64,000 nt of DNA from Candidatus Babeliales bacterium (GTDB taxonomy: Bacteria; Babelota; Babeliae; Babelales; JANWKD01): positions 224,001 to 288,000 of the forward strand of contig CAVRJM010000001.1 in NCBI GenBank assembly GCA_963722075.1. The letters are read 5' to 3'. How positions within the stretch are numbered: position 1 is the stretch's first letter; the number at the start of each line of letters is the position of its first letter. A program made the position numbers and the translations under genes. Under the pieces are notes generated by a model. That model was not told the DNA's origin. It searched no databases and saw only the letters and a list, made by a program, of their open reading frames with translations. This document shows, in pieces, positions 19,693 to 29,742 of the stretch.

Positions 19693-19725
19693 TAATAAGT
19701 ATTTTTTTCATAATAATTTTCATTT

Positions 19726-20244
19726 CTATTTTGACTGTGTTGTGATTTCAATTAGTTTATTCATTGCAAAAGTAAGACCAGTAGTGGCACTGAAAAATAA
19801 AGTTGATAAGCCAAAAATAGTCGAATATTTAAAATTATTGTTTTCAATTATATTTAATTCGTCTATTTGCACACCGATCGCTTCTGGTGGTCTATTTTCA
19901 TTGCCTGATTGGATTGCTTCAGCTTTTTGTTGTTCAACTAGTCGATCCATTTTTCTATCGGTTAATTCTGATTTGATTGCATAATATAGATACCCTAATG
20001 CGCTTATAGCTAGTAATGATTTATTAATGCTTATAATTGGGTTTTCTTTGATTGTTTGCGCTAAAAAATTAGAATTATTGAATTGTTGATACCCATGATA
20101 CAAACCAAGCCCTGTTACCTCTATACCTGCAAAAATTGCAAAAATATTAAAAGGATTTTGTAAATGCTCAAGTAATGTTGGCCGGCGTGCAAGAGTAAAA
20201 CTGCTGCCAGCTATAAAAAGTAAGAGTAATAATAGTTTTTTCAT
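19726..20244 (-). CDS. Hypothetical exported multi-TM protein (GLYxG family)
   Basis: MKKLLLLLLF signal, TGLGLYHGYQQF, further TM segments. Confidence 0.75.
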   Translation of the reverse strand: MKKLLLLLLFIAGSSFTLARRPTLLEHLQNPFNIFAIFAGIEVTGLGLYHGYQQFNNSNFLAQTIKENPIISINKSLLAISALGYLYYAIKSELTDRKMDRLVEQQKAEAIQSGNENRPPEAIGVQIDELNIIENNNFKYSTIFGLSTLFFSATTGLTFAMNKLIEITTQSK

Positions 20245-20647
20245 TAGTAATATTTCCCCCATTAATAAATAATATACACTTAATTATACCAGTTTTTACT
20301 GTTAATGCAATTAGTAATTATAAATAGGGCCAATTTCTGCTAATCTTAAACAACAGTTAGAGATTAGCAGAAATCTAATCTGGCTGGCCTCTAGGTGGCC
20401 ATTATGGAAGCTGCCCCTCCTGTTTAATGCCTGTTTTGTAATGTTGGTGAATCATTAGAAAGTAATAAGGGAAATCTTATTCATGGTTTGCTGCGGGGCA
20501 ACAGGTAAAAACACTTTAATATCTTGGGCTATTAATGGTATTTTAAAAAAGGTCTAATTATTGTCTATTGTTGCATAATAGACATCTTAATTATTTCTTG
20601 TATTGCTAAATTCATGCCCTTTATTGTACTATTTTATATAGTTAAGC

Positions 20648-20676
20648 CTGGGTTGCTTCGACAGGTTCGCAACGAC
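20648..20676. repeat. Single arm of palindromic repeat family A
   Basis: CTGGGTTGCTTCGACAGGTTCGCAACGAC versus CTGGATTGCTTCGACAAGCTCGCAACGAC at 29636. Confidence 0.8.
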
Positions 20677-20763
20677 GAACATTTGTAAATTTACATGAAT
20701 CGAACAATTTTTTTTGCATACGTTAGTGAAGATTTAGTACTGAAATTATAAAGGAATGTGCAT

Positions 20764-21090
20764 ATGAATAAACAATTTACGTTCCGTGGCATGGAACAGT
20801 CTAATACCCTTCAAGAATGTGTTAATGACCAACTTGCTAAAATTGAAACATTTTTAGAGCACGAAAAAGAACCCATTTATATTCATGTCATTTTTACGGC
20901 AGGCCATACGCATGCGCATCATCGGGTGGAATGCCAGATTGTGGGCCCGGGTTATACTCTTAACGCACATCGTATTGGGCCTGAAATGTATGATCTTATT
21001 GCGGCAGTAATGGATTGCATGTATCTGCAATTAACTGAGGCAAAGAAGAAACGCGTTGACACCCGACAAACAGGAATTAAAAGGGAATAA
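20764..21090 (+). CDS. hpf: Ribosome hibernation factor HPF/RaiA family
   Basis: TFRGMEQSNTL...QLAKI...EMYDLI...QL pattern; about 108 aa. Confidence 0.75.
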   Translation: MNKQFTFRGMEQSNTLQECVNDQLAKIETFLEHEKEPIYIHVIFTAGHTHAHHRVECQIVGPGYTLNAHRIGPEMYDLIAAVMDCMYLQLTEAKKKRVDTRQTGIKRE

Positions 21091-21094
21091 CAGC

Positions 21095-23356
21095 TCATTG
21101 AAAGAGCGCTATAATTTCTGAATCACCGGTTTCAAGGGCAATATCCAATGCAGATTTTTGATCTGTATTATAACTTTTGCTTTGTGCATTGAGTGATAAT
21201 AATTGCTGTATAGCATCCTTATTTCTTTGTTGAACGGCATAATGTAACAAAGAATTGCTTTGTACAAGGGCAGTATGTATTTTGACATTACTATACTGAT
21301 TCTTATTACTAAAATAGTTAAAGCTTGTTTCGGGTAATAGCAGTTTTATTAAATCTCGTTGCTCCTGAACGCTTAAGCTACCTGGTGAAGGATTGGTGGT
21401 AGGTACTAAGGCTTTAAAAACAAAACTATCTATTTGGTCGATACTGCCATACAGCATATGATCAGTTATTAAGCGGGCCATATATTTCATCAGGGCAGGA
21501 TATTTCTCGATAATCGATAACCCCTTAATAAATTGTTCAAAGAGTATAGGATCAGTTAATAACACTTCTTTATTTTTTTGTAATAGTGCAATAAAAGCTT
21601 CCGGTATTTGATTCAAAAGAGCATGCTCAATAAGATTATATTTAAGTATGAGCTGACTTATACGAATACTCGTATGATGATTCGTGCGTTCAAATTCTTT
21701 CATTATATTCATAATAACTGCAATAAGATCAGGGTTTTCTGGGCTACTTTCACACAAATTATCCAAAGCAGTAAGTAACTGCGGCATACTTTCTAAGGAC
21801 GAAGAAAGATAATGATGAATGAGATGTGAAGTTGGAATTTTACGATGAGGATATAACTCATTGCCATCGTTATTTTTAATCAGTGGACGTAACACTGCTA
21901 ATTTATGCGCCTTTTGGGGTTCCTGATGATTGTTTTTTAAAAAAGGAATAACAATTTTTTTGCTGAGCATGGTACCAGTTAATCCATCGGTTTGCGGGCT
22001 CACAAAATAGCAATGATAATCTTTTTCCAAATAAGCCTCCATTATTTCCACTTTTTGAGTGTTATAAGTATGAAAGATAATTTTAAGCACTATGTTACTT
22101 GGGTACGTGGTATCTGCGGTGATTTCAATGCGTTGTTTTTCATTTGAAAGTGCATGAGCTAGTTCTTCAAGTGATTGAGCGTTGGTATTGAGTAGATAGT
22201 TACTGGCGTTAATGAAATTGAAAATTGTTGGTAATAGCTCATGATCCTTACTTTTATATTCCAAGAAAGGATGATCGCACAATAACTGAAACCATGCGTT
22301 TCCCGTTTGGTAATTATTTATGCTTTTAAAATCATTATAGGTTGTATAAAAGTTAATAAATTCCGGGCGCGGGCATAAAGTGGGGGATAAAAGAGTAAGA
22401 TCAAAATGATGCGTATCTTTAAGATAGCGATTAAAAAATTCGCGCAATAATCCTTCCATACAATCCGGTTGGGCGGGGTTATTATTATAAGAATGATGTT
22501 GTAAGTCAACGCTTGGCATTACATATGAACGTAAGGCAAAAACAGCAGTTTTTTCAAAATTATGATTAAGAATTTCAGAAAGTGGCATGCGAGATAACCG
22601 GGATTCATAGTGTTCAAAATCTTTTTGATTATAATGGTCGGCAGCGAATGTGGTTTGGTTAAATGACGGAATTATAGCCTCGGGTATTTGTTGTTGCAAA
22701 CGCGTATAGTAGGGAATTAAATCTTTTTTATCAGTAGCTTTTTTAACCATATGCCCTAATAAAATGGTTTGTGTTGTATATGGCCTATAAGGCGCTGATG
22801 GATTTTGTGTTTGAGATTCTTGATGCGATTGATTAATGAGATCAAGCGTATTATATGCTTTTGCGGCGGTAATAACTTGATTACATGCTTTTTTATGTTG
22901 TGCGCGCCATTGATTTGCCAAGTTAGTTTTGGTAACAGGATCTGTTAATTTATTTTGTTCTAGATTAGTAAGAATATTTGCAGTTAATTCAGGGTTTAGT
23001 GAAGCCCCTAATAATGATTTATTATGGGTAGGCCGAAAACGTGTATGTAATTTATTAAAAAGCGCCTGTGCTAATTTAACGGTAGCATGCTTTTCATTGC
23101 CAAATTTATATAATCGTTCAATCCAATTACTTTCAGCCAATATAGCACCATTTAACGGAGAAAGATGCTGGTAGCCTGGCATAAATGAGCTATGGGTGCC
23201 CTTAAAGTAATCAGGGTGCAATGCACGTGATTGACGCCAAAAGGGGGTAAATAGTGAACTGAGACGAGTAAAAATTGTTGGTTGTGGGGATTTGTGCATA
23301 CTAAAGAGGTTGATATTCCATAGTAATAAAACCCCGTATAAGAGGGTTAATCTCAT
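21095..23356 (-). CDS. Large secreted protein with C-terminal ankyrin repeats
   Basis: Signal ending LFS|M; SLLHYAVQQRNKDAIQQLL and SALDIALETGDSEIIALF ankyrin motifs; GGAGG RBS. Confidence 0.8.
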   Translation of the reverse strand: MRLTLLYGVLLLWNINLFSMHKSPQPTIFTRLSSLFTPFWRQSRALHPDYFKGTHSSFMPGYQHLSPLNGAILAESNWIERLYKFGNEKHATVKLAQALFNKLHTRFRPTHNKSLLGASLNPELTANILTNLEQNKLTDPVTKTNLANQWRAQHKKACNQVITAAKAYNTLDLINQSHQESQTQNPSAPYRPYTTQTILLGHMVKKATDKKDLIPYYTRLQQQIPEAIIPSFNQTTFAADHYNQKDFEHYESRLSRMPLSEILNHNFEKTAVFALRSYVMPSVDLQHHSYNNNPAQPDCMEGLLREFFNRYLKDTHHFDLTLLSPTLCPRPEFINFYTTYNDFKSINNYQTGNAWFQLLCDHPFLEYKSKDHELLPTIFNFINASNYLLNTNAQSLEELAHALSNEKQRIEITADTTYPSNIVLKIIFHTYNTQKVEIMEAYLEKDYHCYFVSPQTDGLTGTMLSKKIVIPFLKNNHQEPQKAHKLAVLRPLIKNNDGNELYPHRKIPTSHLIHHYLSSSLESMPQLLTALDNLCESSPENPDLIAVIMNIMKEFERTNHHTSIRISQLILKYNLIEHALLNQIPEAFIALLQKNKEVLLTDPILFEQFIKGLSIIEKYPALMKYMARLITDHMLYGSIDQIDSFVFKALVPTTNPSPGSLSVQEQRDLIKLLLPETSFNYFSNKNQYSNVKIHTALVQSNSLLHYAVQQRNKDAIQQLLSLNAQSKSYNTDQKSALDIALETGDSEIIALFQ

Positions 23357-23447
23357 TAAAAACCTCCATTGGAAAATGAATTAACCTACGTATATAACAA
23401 TAGTTTAAATTGAAAAATTGTCAATCTTGTCAATAAAATTCGAGGTA

Positions 23448-25220
23448 TTATTGATTAAATGATTTCAATTTGTCAATTAATTGTTCGATTGGCATGTCAT
23501 AAAGCTCTGCTCCCAACGCAGTTTCTATCTGTTCTGTTGCTGGGTTTACAATTAAAAAAGTAGGAAATCCGGTAATGGAAAATTTCTCTTTTAATTCTTT
23601 ATAGGGGCTATTGTAGGCATTGGTGCCATCAACTTTTAAGAGAATATACTCTTGTAACACTTCTATAACGGCAGGTTTAGTAAAGGTGGTGTTATTAATT
23701 GCTAAACAAACCGGGCAGAATCGTGCCCAAAAATCGATGAACAACTTTTTACCACTATCACGTGCTTGTTCAAGTGCTGACTGGTAATCGGTATGCCATA
23801 GATGGTGGTGAACATCATATGAATCTTTTTGAGGTAGAACCACGCTTTTATACGCTTGAAAAAAGAGTAAAAACGAAATAATAGCCAGTAATGAACCAAA
23901 TGCGCTCATACAGGTACTTAAAAATCCGGTTTTTATTTGTTGGGAATGATACAGATAAAAAATGCCGATGGCTAATACAAATAACGCAACAAACCAAAGT
24001 AAAATAGTGTGTGGTACAATAAAATTAATATAATAAAAACAGATGGCAAAAATTAAAAATCCAAAAAGACGTTTAACTTCTATCATCCATAATCCTGCTT
24101 TAGGAAGCACTTGCAGTGAACTTGAGCATACTCCTACTATTAAAAGTGGCATGCTGATTCCTATGCCAAATGAAAATAATAGTAAAAACCCCATTATTTT
24201 ATTTCCTAACGTGGCTACAATACTTAATAAAAGAGCAAGGCCTGGTGATACGCACGGAGAAGCAATAGTACCACTGGCTGCGCCAAACATAAAGCTTGAA
24301 AGCAATGGGCCTCCTTTAATACGACTGGGCCCAATCTTAATAATGTTGGGAACATGAAGATCATAAAGGCCAATCATTGATAGCGCTAAATAGGTTAAGA
24401 TGGTAACTAAACCAATAATAAAAAATGGTTTCATTAACAATTGTCCACATAAAGGGCCTACACAGCCGGCAAGTAATCCAAAACAAGCAAAGGTTGTAGC
24501 CATACCCAGGGTGTAAAATAACGATAATAAAAAATTAAATAATAATGATTTACTTCCTTGTGTTTGTAAGATGCCAATGGTAATGGGAATCATTGGATAA
24601 ATACAGGGCGTTAGACTTAATAAAACGCCCAATAAAAAAACTAATAATATTCGTATAAAGGGCGATTGAACTGATTTTATTAATCCAGAAATATAGGTTG
24701 AAATCGAAAAAGGTTCTTCATACGAATGAGTAGAAACATTTTTTTCTTCATCAATTGTTTGTACTTCACTAGTATGATCGGAGGAAGGAGGAGGTTCGAT
24801 TTCTGGAGTAATTTTTGTAGGAAATAGTTCAATAATTGTTTCTTGTGGACCGGTTTTATTACTGACTAAGGCAATATGCGCAAAAGCGGAAGGTTGGTAC
24901 GAATCATTTTTAATGGCTGTAAAAGAAAAAGTTACATTTTGATCAAATACTTTTTTGGTTTTTTTGTACGTAGGATCATACTGATTATGTGCATCGTAGG
25001 ATGTTTTATATGGCGTTATAGTCACGGCTGGGTTATCACTGGTTACAGTAATAAGATCTTTGTAAATCCATTCTTGAGGTTCTAATGAAACATGCATTTC
25101 GATTTCTTCAATAGTAGGATTAACAGTGTTGGAGGAAAAGGTTGCCGAAAAACCATTTATATTTATGAAGGTAATAAAAAGTGATGTGATGAGAAATGAT
25201 AATATGTTTATTTTTTTCAT
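23448..25220 (-). CDS. dsbD: DsbD-like thiol:disulfide interchange protein
   Basis: SLTPCIYPMIP, ASPCVSP, LPKAGLWM TM domain plus C-terminal thioredoxin DFWARFCPVC. Confidence 0.9.
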   Translation of the reverse strand: MKKINILSFLITSLFITFININGFSATFSSNTVNPTIEEIEMHVSLEPQEWIYKDLITVTSDNPAVTITPYKTSYDAHNQYDPTYKKTKKVFDQNVTFSFTAIKNDSYQPSAFAHIALVSNKTGPQETIIELFPTKITPEIEPPPSSDHTSEVQTIDEEKNVSTHSYEEPFSISTYISGLIKSVQSPFIRILLVFLLGVLLSLTPCIYPMIPITIGILQTQGSKSLLFNFLLSLFYTLGMATTFACFGLLAGCVGPLCGQLLMKPFFIIGLVTILTYLALSMIGLYDLHVPNIIKIGPSRIKGGPLLSSFMFGAASGTIASPCVSPGLALLLSIVATLGNKIMGFLLLFSFGIGISMPLLIVGVCSSSLQVLPKAGLWMIEVKRLFGFLIFAICFYYINFIVPHTILLWFVALFVLAIGIFYLYHSQQIKTGFLSTCMSAFGSLLAIISFLLFFQAYKSVVLPQKDSYDVHHHLWHTDYQSALEQARDSGKKLFIDFWARFCPVCLAINNTTFTKPAVIEVLQEYILLKVDGTNAYNSPYKELKEKFSITGFPTFLIVNPATEQIETALGAELYDMPIEQLIDKLKSFNQ

Positions 25221-25315
25221 AGCCGTTATTTAATATATGAATGTTTTACAGTAATATTTCTCATTCAATATAATAAAAATAACCACTTTGATCCATGTTA
25301 TTTTAGATTCTAATG

Positions 25316-26098
25316 TTATTCTAAAAACTGTATGCCGTTATATGCCGCAATCGTAATAGAAGCACCGCCATTACCAATGTTTCCATTTAATTGACGTTTA
25401 AAATGTTCCCAGGTTTGTTTGTTAAAGGTGCTAGTGATCGGTTTTAAGGTAATAAAATGATGAGAAATAATCGAATTGAATGTTGTATGTGCTTTTACGG
25501 TGGCATGAGCATTATTAGGAAGATTTAAAGCAACGGAACTTTTTAAACTTTTTAGTGAGATAGCGCTTTGTAAGGGGAGCGCAGAAAACCCTGCCGTAAT
25601 TGCACCGCTCGCTAAAGCGTAAATGCTATTTGAAGCTTCTTGAATATCAATTGATCCGTTACTGGCAGTAGCTTGAATAATGCCAGTGCTCTTTTTAATT
25701 TTTATATTACCATTTTCAGTTTTTATAATTAAATTGAGGTTTTTGGGGACCATTAATTTATAATTAACATAATTATTTTTTGTTTGTTGAACTGTTCGTA
25801 TTGAAAGCTGATTGTTAATTGAAATTGTTTCTATCGTTATGTGTGATAATTCCTTAGGAAGCCCCCCTTTAATTGCTTCAATTGCAACTTTAGGCAAGCT
25901 CCAACTTTTAATATGAATATTGCCATTGCTATTTTCTAATATGACCGTAGCATTATCACCAATAGGAAATTCTTGAAAGAATGTTTGTTCTTTGGTGCCC
26001 GAAAACCATTCGGTTATTTTTTTAAATGAGAAGCTGAAGCCATCAAGTTGTTTGATACAGCATATAAAAATTAAAATAATACGTACGGCAAAAGACAA
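25316..26098 (-). CDS. DUF4097-like beta-repeat exported protein
   Basis: Repeated ENSNGNIHI / TENGNIKI / ASNGSIDI / AYNGI units. Confidence 0.7.
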   Translation of the reverse strand: MSFAVRIILIFICCIKQLDGFSFSFKKITEWFSGTKEQTFFQEFPIGDNATVILENSNGNIHIKSWSLPKVAIEAIKGGLPKELSHITIETISINNQLSIRTVQQTKNNYVNYKLMVPKNLNLIIKTENGNIKIKKSTGIIQATASNGSIDIQEASNSIYALASGAITAGFSALPLQSAISLKSLKSSVALNLPNNAHATVKAHTTFNSIISHHFITLKPITSTFNKQTWEHFKRQLNGNIGNGGASITIAAYNGIQFLE

Positions 26099-26165
26099 TG
26101 CTAATTCCTACTACATTATTTGATGATAATTTTTAAAGGAAGTCTACACAAAAGAAACGTAATAT

Positions 26166-27119
26166 TCAAAAATTAATTGTTAAAGCAAAATTACGTAATT
26201 TTGCTTTTTTCTGTTTTAATAACTTCTTGCTTATACCAATAATAATTGCCATTGGGGTTCTCATAAGTAATTTCTTATTAATAATAGTTTCATCTTCATC
26301 TTCAAATAAATCTTCTTCCGGCGAGTGAGGATTATTTTGATGATCAATAATGAAAGAATCAAGAGAAGATTCGTCAGGGGTGCCAACTGAATATAAGTAA
26401 TGGTTAACTGGTTGATTTAATTGTTGTTTTAATTGAGTTCTAGCTGCCTCAATGGTGTGCATTGGTTTGTATTTTAGTGAAGTATGGTTATGGTTTTCTT
26501 CTGCAATTGGGATTAAGGAGTTTAACGAACTTAAATAATCTATAATAAAAGGATTAGGTTTTTTATGCATCTTTTGAAATTTTTGAATTGATTTGGGGGA
26601 AAAGCCGGCAGGTATTTTGAGTGATCGTTCACCAATTAATTGTTGTTTTAATAATTTACTTAATTCTTTGCACAGCACCGCGTGATGAAGTTTTTGTAAA
26701 GCGTTGGGAGTGCAAAGAGAGTTTTCATTTTCCCTAAATTGTTCAAATTCATGATATTTTATTTTATTTTCGGTATTTGATAGCGCTGTTTTTAATAGGT
26801 ACTGAGTAATAAAAGATGTTCTACGGAGAGTGGTAAATATAAGGGGCGGTAAATCTTGATATGTTTGTGAATCGATGAGTTCGAAAATAGTATAATAAGA
26901 TGTTGACGTTTTTAAACGATAACATCCACTATTGGCAATTTCTTCTATTGTTTGAAAATTTTGGATACTTTTAGGAGCCTTTAACATAGATATGATTGGT
27001 GAGGTAGGAAGTTCTACTTCTTCACGATACCGCTTAAGTGGATTTTTTTCAGATTCATTCATTGCGTGAATGTTAGTAATCGTTAAACCAATCAGAAATA
27101 AAATAATCAATTTTTTCAT
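26166..27119 (-). CDS. Hypothetical secreted protein
   Basis: Signal IHA|MNE, KNPLKRYR basic patch, acidic patch; TTGACA-N16-TATATT upstream (27163..27190). Confidence 0.75.
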   Translation of the reverse strand: MKKLIILFLIGLTITNIHAMNESEKNPLKRYREEVELPTSPIISMLKAPKSIQNFQTIEEIANSGCYRLKTSTSYYTIFELIDSQTYQDLPPLIFTTLRRTSFITQYLLKTALSNTENKIKYHEFEQFRENENSLCTPNALQKLHHAVLCKELSKLLKQQLIGERSLKIPAGFSPKSIQKFQKMHKKPNPFIIDYLSSLNSLIPIAEENHNHTSLKYKPMHTIEAARTQLKQQLNQPVNHYLYSVGTPDESSLDSFIIDHQNNPHSPEEDLFEDEDETIINKKLLMRTPMAIIIGISKKLLKQKKAKLRNFALTINF

Positions 27120-27274
27120 AGAGTTCCTAAAACACTTTTATTAATTTTTTTTACAAATATAGAATATAATCCTAGAAAAACTATTGTCAACTATAAAAAC
27201 AATTACGTTAATTACTTAAATCACGTTATACTTACAAGGAAAGCAAAAAAAATTAAATTACTAAGGAGTGCCCG

Positions 27275-28678
27275 GTGAGATCGCCAGATCAATTAAAGCA
27301 AATGGTAAATGATCTTTTGGTGCACCATCAATTAGTTAAGCACATTGTTGGTGATATTTACCAGCATAACGGTTCCAGTTTTTTAGTGGGTGGTGCGGTA
27401 CGTGATCTTATTCTTAATTTACCGGTTACCGATTTAGATATCGAAGTTCATGGGATTTCGCTCGAGGTATTAGAAAAAATATTGCGTGTTCATGGTATGG
27501 TAAATTATGTAGGCAAGGCATTTGGCGTGTTGCGCATAGAGCGTCTAGCGGTTGATTGGTCAATTCCGCGTGCTGATAAAGCAGGAAGAAAACCGTTGGT
27601 AAAGATCGATCCTTATATGAATATAAAAAAAGCATTTGAACGACGTGATTTAACCATGAATGCTATGGGGATAAATTTAATCACGTTAGAATTAGTTGAT
27701 CCATTTGATGGCTATAGCGATATGAAGGAAGGGGTGTTGCGTACACCTAATCCTGCTTTTTTTGTAGAAGATCCCTTGCGATTTTATCGCGTAATGGCAT
27801 TTATTGCGCGCTTTAATATGTGGCCTGATCGGCAATTAAATCGTCTTTGTGCAACCATGGATATTGCACATGTTTCGCATGAACGAATTGAAACAGAATA
27901 TAAAAAATGGTTGTTGAAATCTGAAAAACCATCGCAAACGTTAGTTTGGCTTGATATGATTGGGCGTTTACCAGAATTATTACCTGAGATTGCTGCTACC
28001 AAATCTATTTTACAAGAACCCGATTGGCACCCGGAGGGGAATGTTTTTGAACATACCAAGCAAACAATCGATGCCGCAGCATTATTGCATTATGAATCTT
28101 ATGAAAAAAAATTAGTTATTATGTATGCGGCTTTGTGTCATGATTTAGGAAAAATAGTAACGACAAAATTAAGAGATGGTCGTTTAACGTGTTATGACCA
28201 TCCAAGAAAAGGTATTTTTTTTACCAAAAAATTATTAAAAAGAGTTACTCATAATAAAAAACTGATTGCAAGTGTATGCAAATTAGTCGAAACTCATTTA
28301 TATCCGGCAGAATTTATTAAGGGGCATGCGCGGTTAAATGCCTATAAACGGTTAGCATTAAAACTGGCTCCTGAGGTAACGATGGCTATGCTTGCACTGG
28401 TATCATTAGCGGATAAAAGGGGAAGAAATAAAAGTAGAAAAGGACCATTAAATACAACGGAACCGGATATTGAAGCATTTTTAAAAAATGCACAAGCTGC
28501 TGGCGTATTAACAACGGTAGAAAAACCATTGTTAACGGGAAAAGATCTTATGCCGGAAATTGAACCTGGCCCGCTCATGGGAGCGCTTGTTAAACAAGCA
28601 TATGCCCTTCAGTTGCAAGAAGGAATCGATGACAAGGAAGCGCTCAAAAAGTTACTTTTAAAAAATTATAGTAAATAG
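27275..28678 (+). CDS. cca: CCA tRNA nucleotidyltransferase with HD domain
   Basis: VGGAVRD, DLDIE, RRDLTMNAM, EDPLR, HPEG...EHT, CHDLGK. Confidence 0.92.
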   Translation: MRSPDQLKQMVNDLLVHHQLVKHIVGDIYQHNGSSFLVGGAVRDLILNLPVTDLDIEVHGISLEVLEKILRVHGMVNYVGKAFGVLRIERLAVDWSIPRADKAGRKPLVKIDPYMNIKKAFERRDLTMNAMGINLITLELVDPFDGYSDMKEGVLRTPNPAFFVEDPLRFYRVMAFIARFNMWPDRQLNRLCATMDIAHVSHERIETEYKKWLLKSEKPSQTLVWLDMIGRLPELLPEIAATKSILQEPDWHPEGNVFEHTKQTIDAAALLHYESYEKKLVIMYAALCHDLGKIVTTKLRDGRLTCYDHPRKGIFFTKKLLKRVTHNKKLIASVCKLVETHLYPAEFIKGHARLNAYKRLALKLAPEVTMAMLALVSLADKRGRNKSRKGPLNTTEPDIEAFLKNAQAAGVLTTVEKPLLTGKDLMPEIEPGPLMGALVKQAYALQLQEGIDDKEALKKLLLKNYSK

Positions 28679-28685
28679 GAATTAT

Positions 28686-29354
28686 ATGTTTGTAGGTAGT
28701 TATTTTGATCCATTAATAAAAGGTATGGTGTTTGGCATTACTATGGCTGCAATACCGGGGCCCATTTTTTTTCTTATTATGCAGCGTACCATTATGGAAG
28801 GAGAAATGGTTGGTTTTTTTTGCGGATTGGGATCAATAATTGCTGATGCTTTTTATGCGCTTTTAGCTGCTATCGGGTTATCTTATATTATGGATTTTTT
28901 AATTACATACCAATCAATTTTTGCATTTTTAGGAAGTATTTTTCTGTTATATTTAGGATATTCAATTTTTAAACGAGCACCGTTAACAAAAAATTTTGAA
29001 TTACAGGATAAAAGTTTGCTTGCGGCATTAGTTTCTACTTTTTTTCTAACGATTAGTAACCCCGTTACGATATTTTCGTATTGTGTTATTTTTGCCAGTC
29101 TTGGCATTGATGGAACTAATCATCATTGGTATTCTACGATACTGTTATTAACAGGCGTTGTTATTGGCTCGCTCTTTTTTGTGTTATTTTTTATAGGCTT
29201 TTTACATTATTTTAAAAATATCGTGTCATATCGCTATATTGTTATATTTAATAAGATAATCGGTGTTATATTAATGGGCTTTGCGCTTTTTGCTTTTATA
29301 AAATCATTTAGTCCTATCTTGCCCGATTGTTCTATTAAACAATTGTTATTATGA
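28686..29354 (+). CDS. LysE/RhtB-family transporter
   Basis: AAIPGP, FFLTISNP, about 6 TM. Confidence 0.88.
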   Translation: MFVGSYFDPLIKGMVFGITMAAIPGPIFFLIMQRTIMEGEMVGFFCGLGSIIADAFYALLAAIGLSYIMDFLITYQSIFAFLGSIFLLYLGYSIFKRAPLTKNFELQDKSLLAALVSTFFLTISNPVTIFSYCVIFASLGIDGTNHHWYSTILLLTGVVIGSLFFVLFFIGFLHYFKNIVSYRYIVIFNKIIGVILMGFALFAFIKSFSPILPDCSIKQLLL

Positions 29355-29444
29355 TGGTTGATTAAGTAAAGTAAGTGAGAATGGGGTATTGAGTTACAAA
29401 AATTTGTACTCAAAGCTTATAAAATATGGGAATTTGAAATGCGC

Positions 29445-29664
29445 GTCGTTGCGAGCTTGCGAAGCAATCCAGATTAAAGAATTTGAATTATTTTTAGTTG
29501 CGTGGATTCTTACCGATCCTTCGCTAAAAGCTAGGTTGGTCGAAATGACAGTGAACTCAAAATGTCATCCTGAGGAGCGAATGCGATCGTAAAGACCAGA
29601 GAATAATAATTAAATTGAAAAATTTATTAATTAACCTGGATTGCTTCGACAAGCTCGCAACGAC
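29445..29664. repeat. Four-arm array of palindromic repeat family A (REPIN/BIME-like)
   Basis: Outer near-perfect 28-bp inverted repeat (29445..29472 / 29636..29664) enclosing an inner TGGATTC...ATGAC / GTCATCCTGAG doublet. Confidence 0.85.
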
Positions 29665-29742
29665 ATTCTAACCTTCTGCATATCAAGTTTCTGTAGTAAA
29701 TAATATACATTTGGAAAGATGAAATTTATCTAATAATTTTTA

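Noticed and set aside
20440..20510. Riboswitch-like words (GGTGAATC; CTGTTGCCCCGCAGC on the minus strand)
   Set aside because: Only isolated fragments of the c-di-AMP or cobalamin motifs, with no supporting structure or fitting downstream gene
29389..29592. 67-aa ORF
   Set aside because: Translation through the palindromic repeat array (SLRACEAIQ); no coding hallmarks
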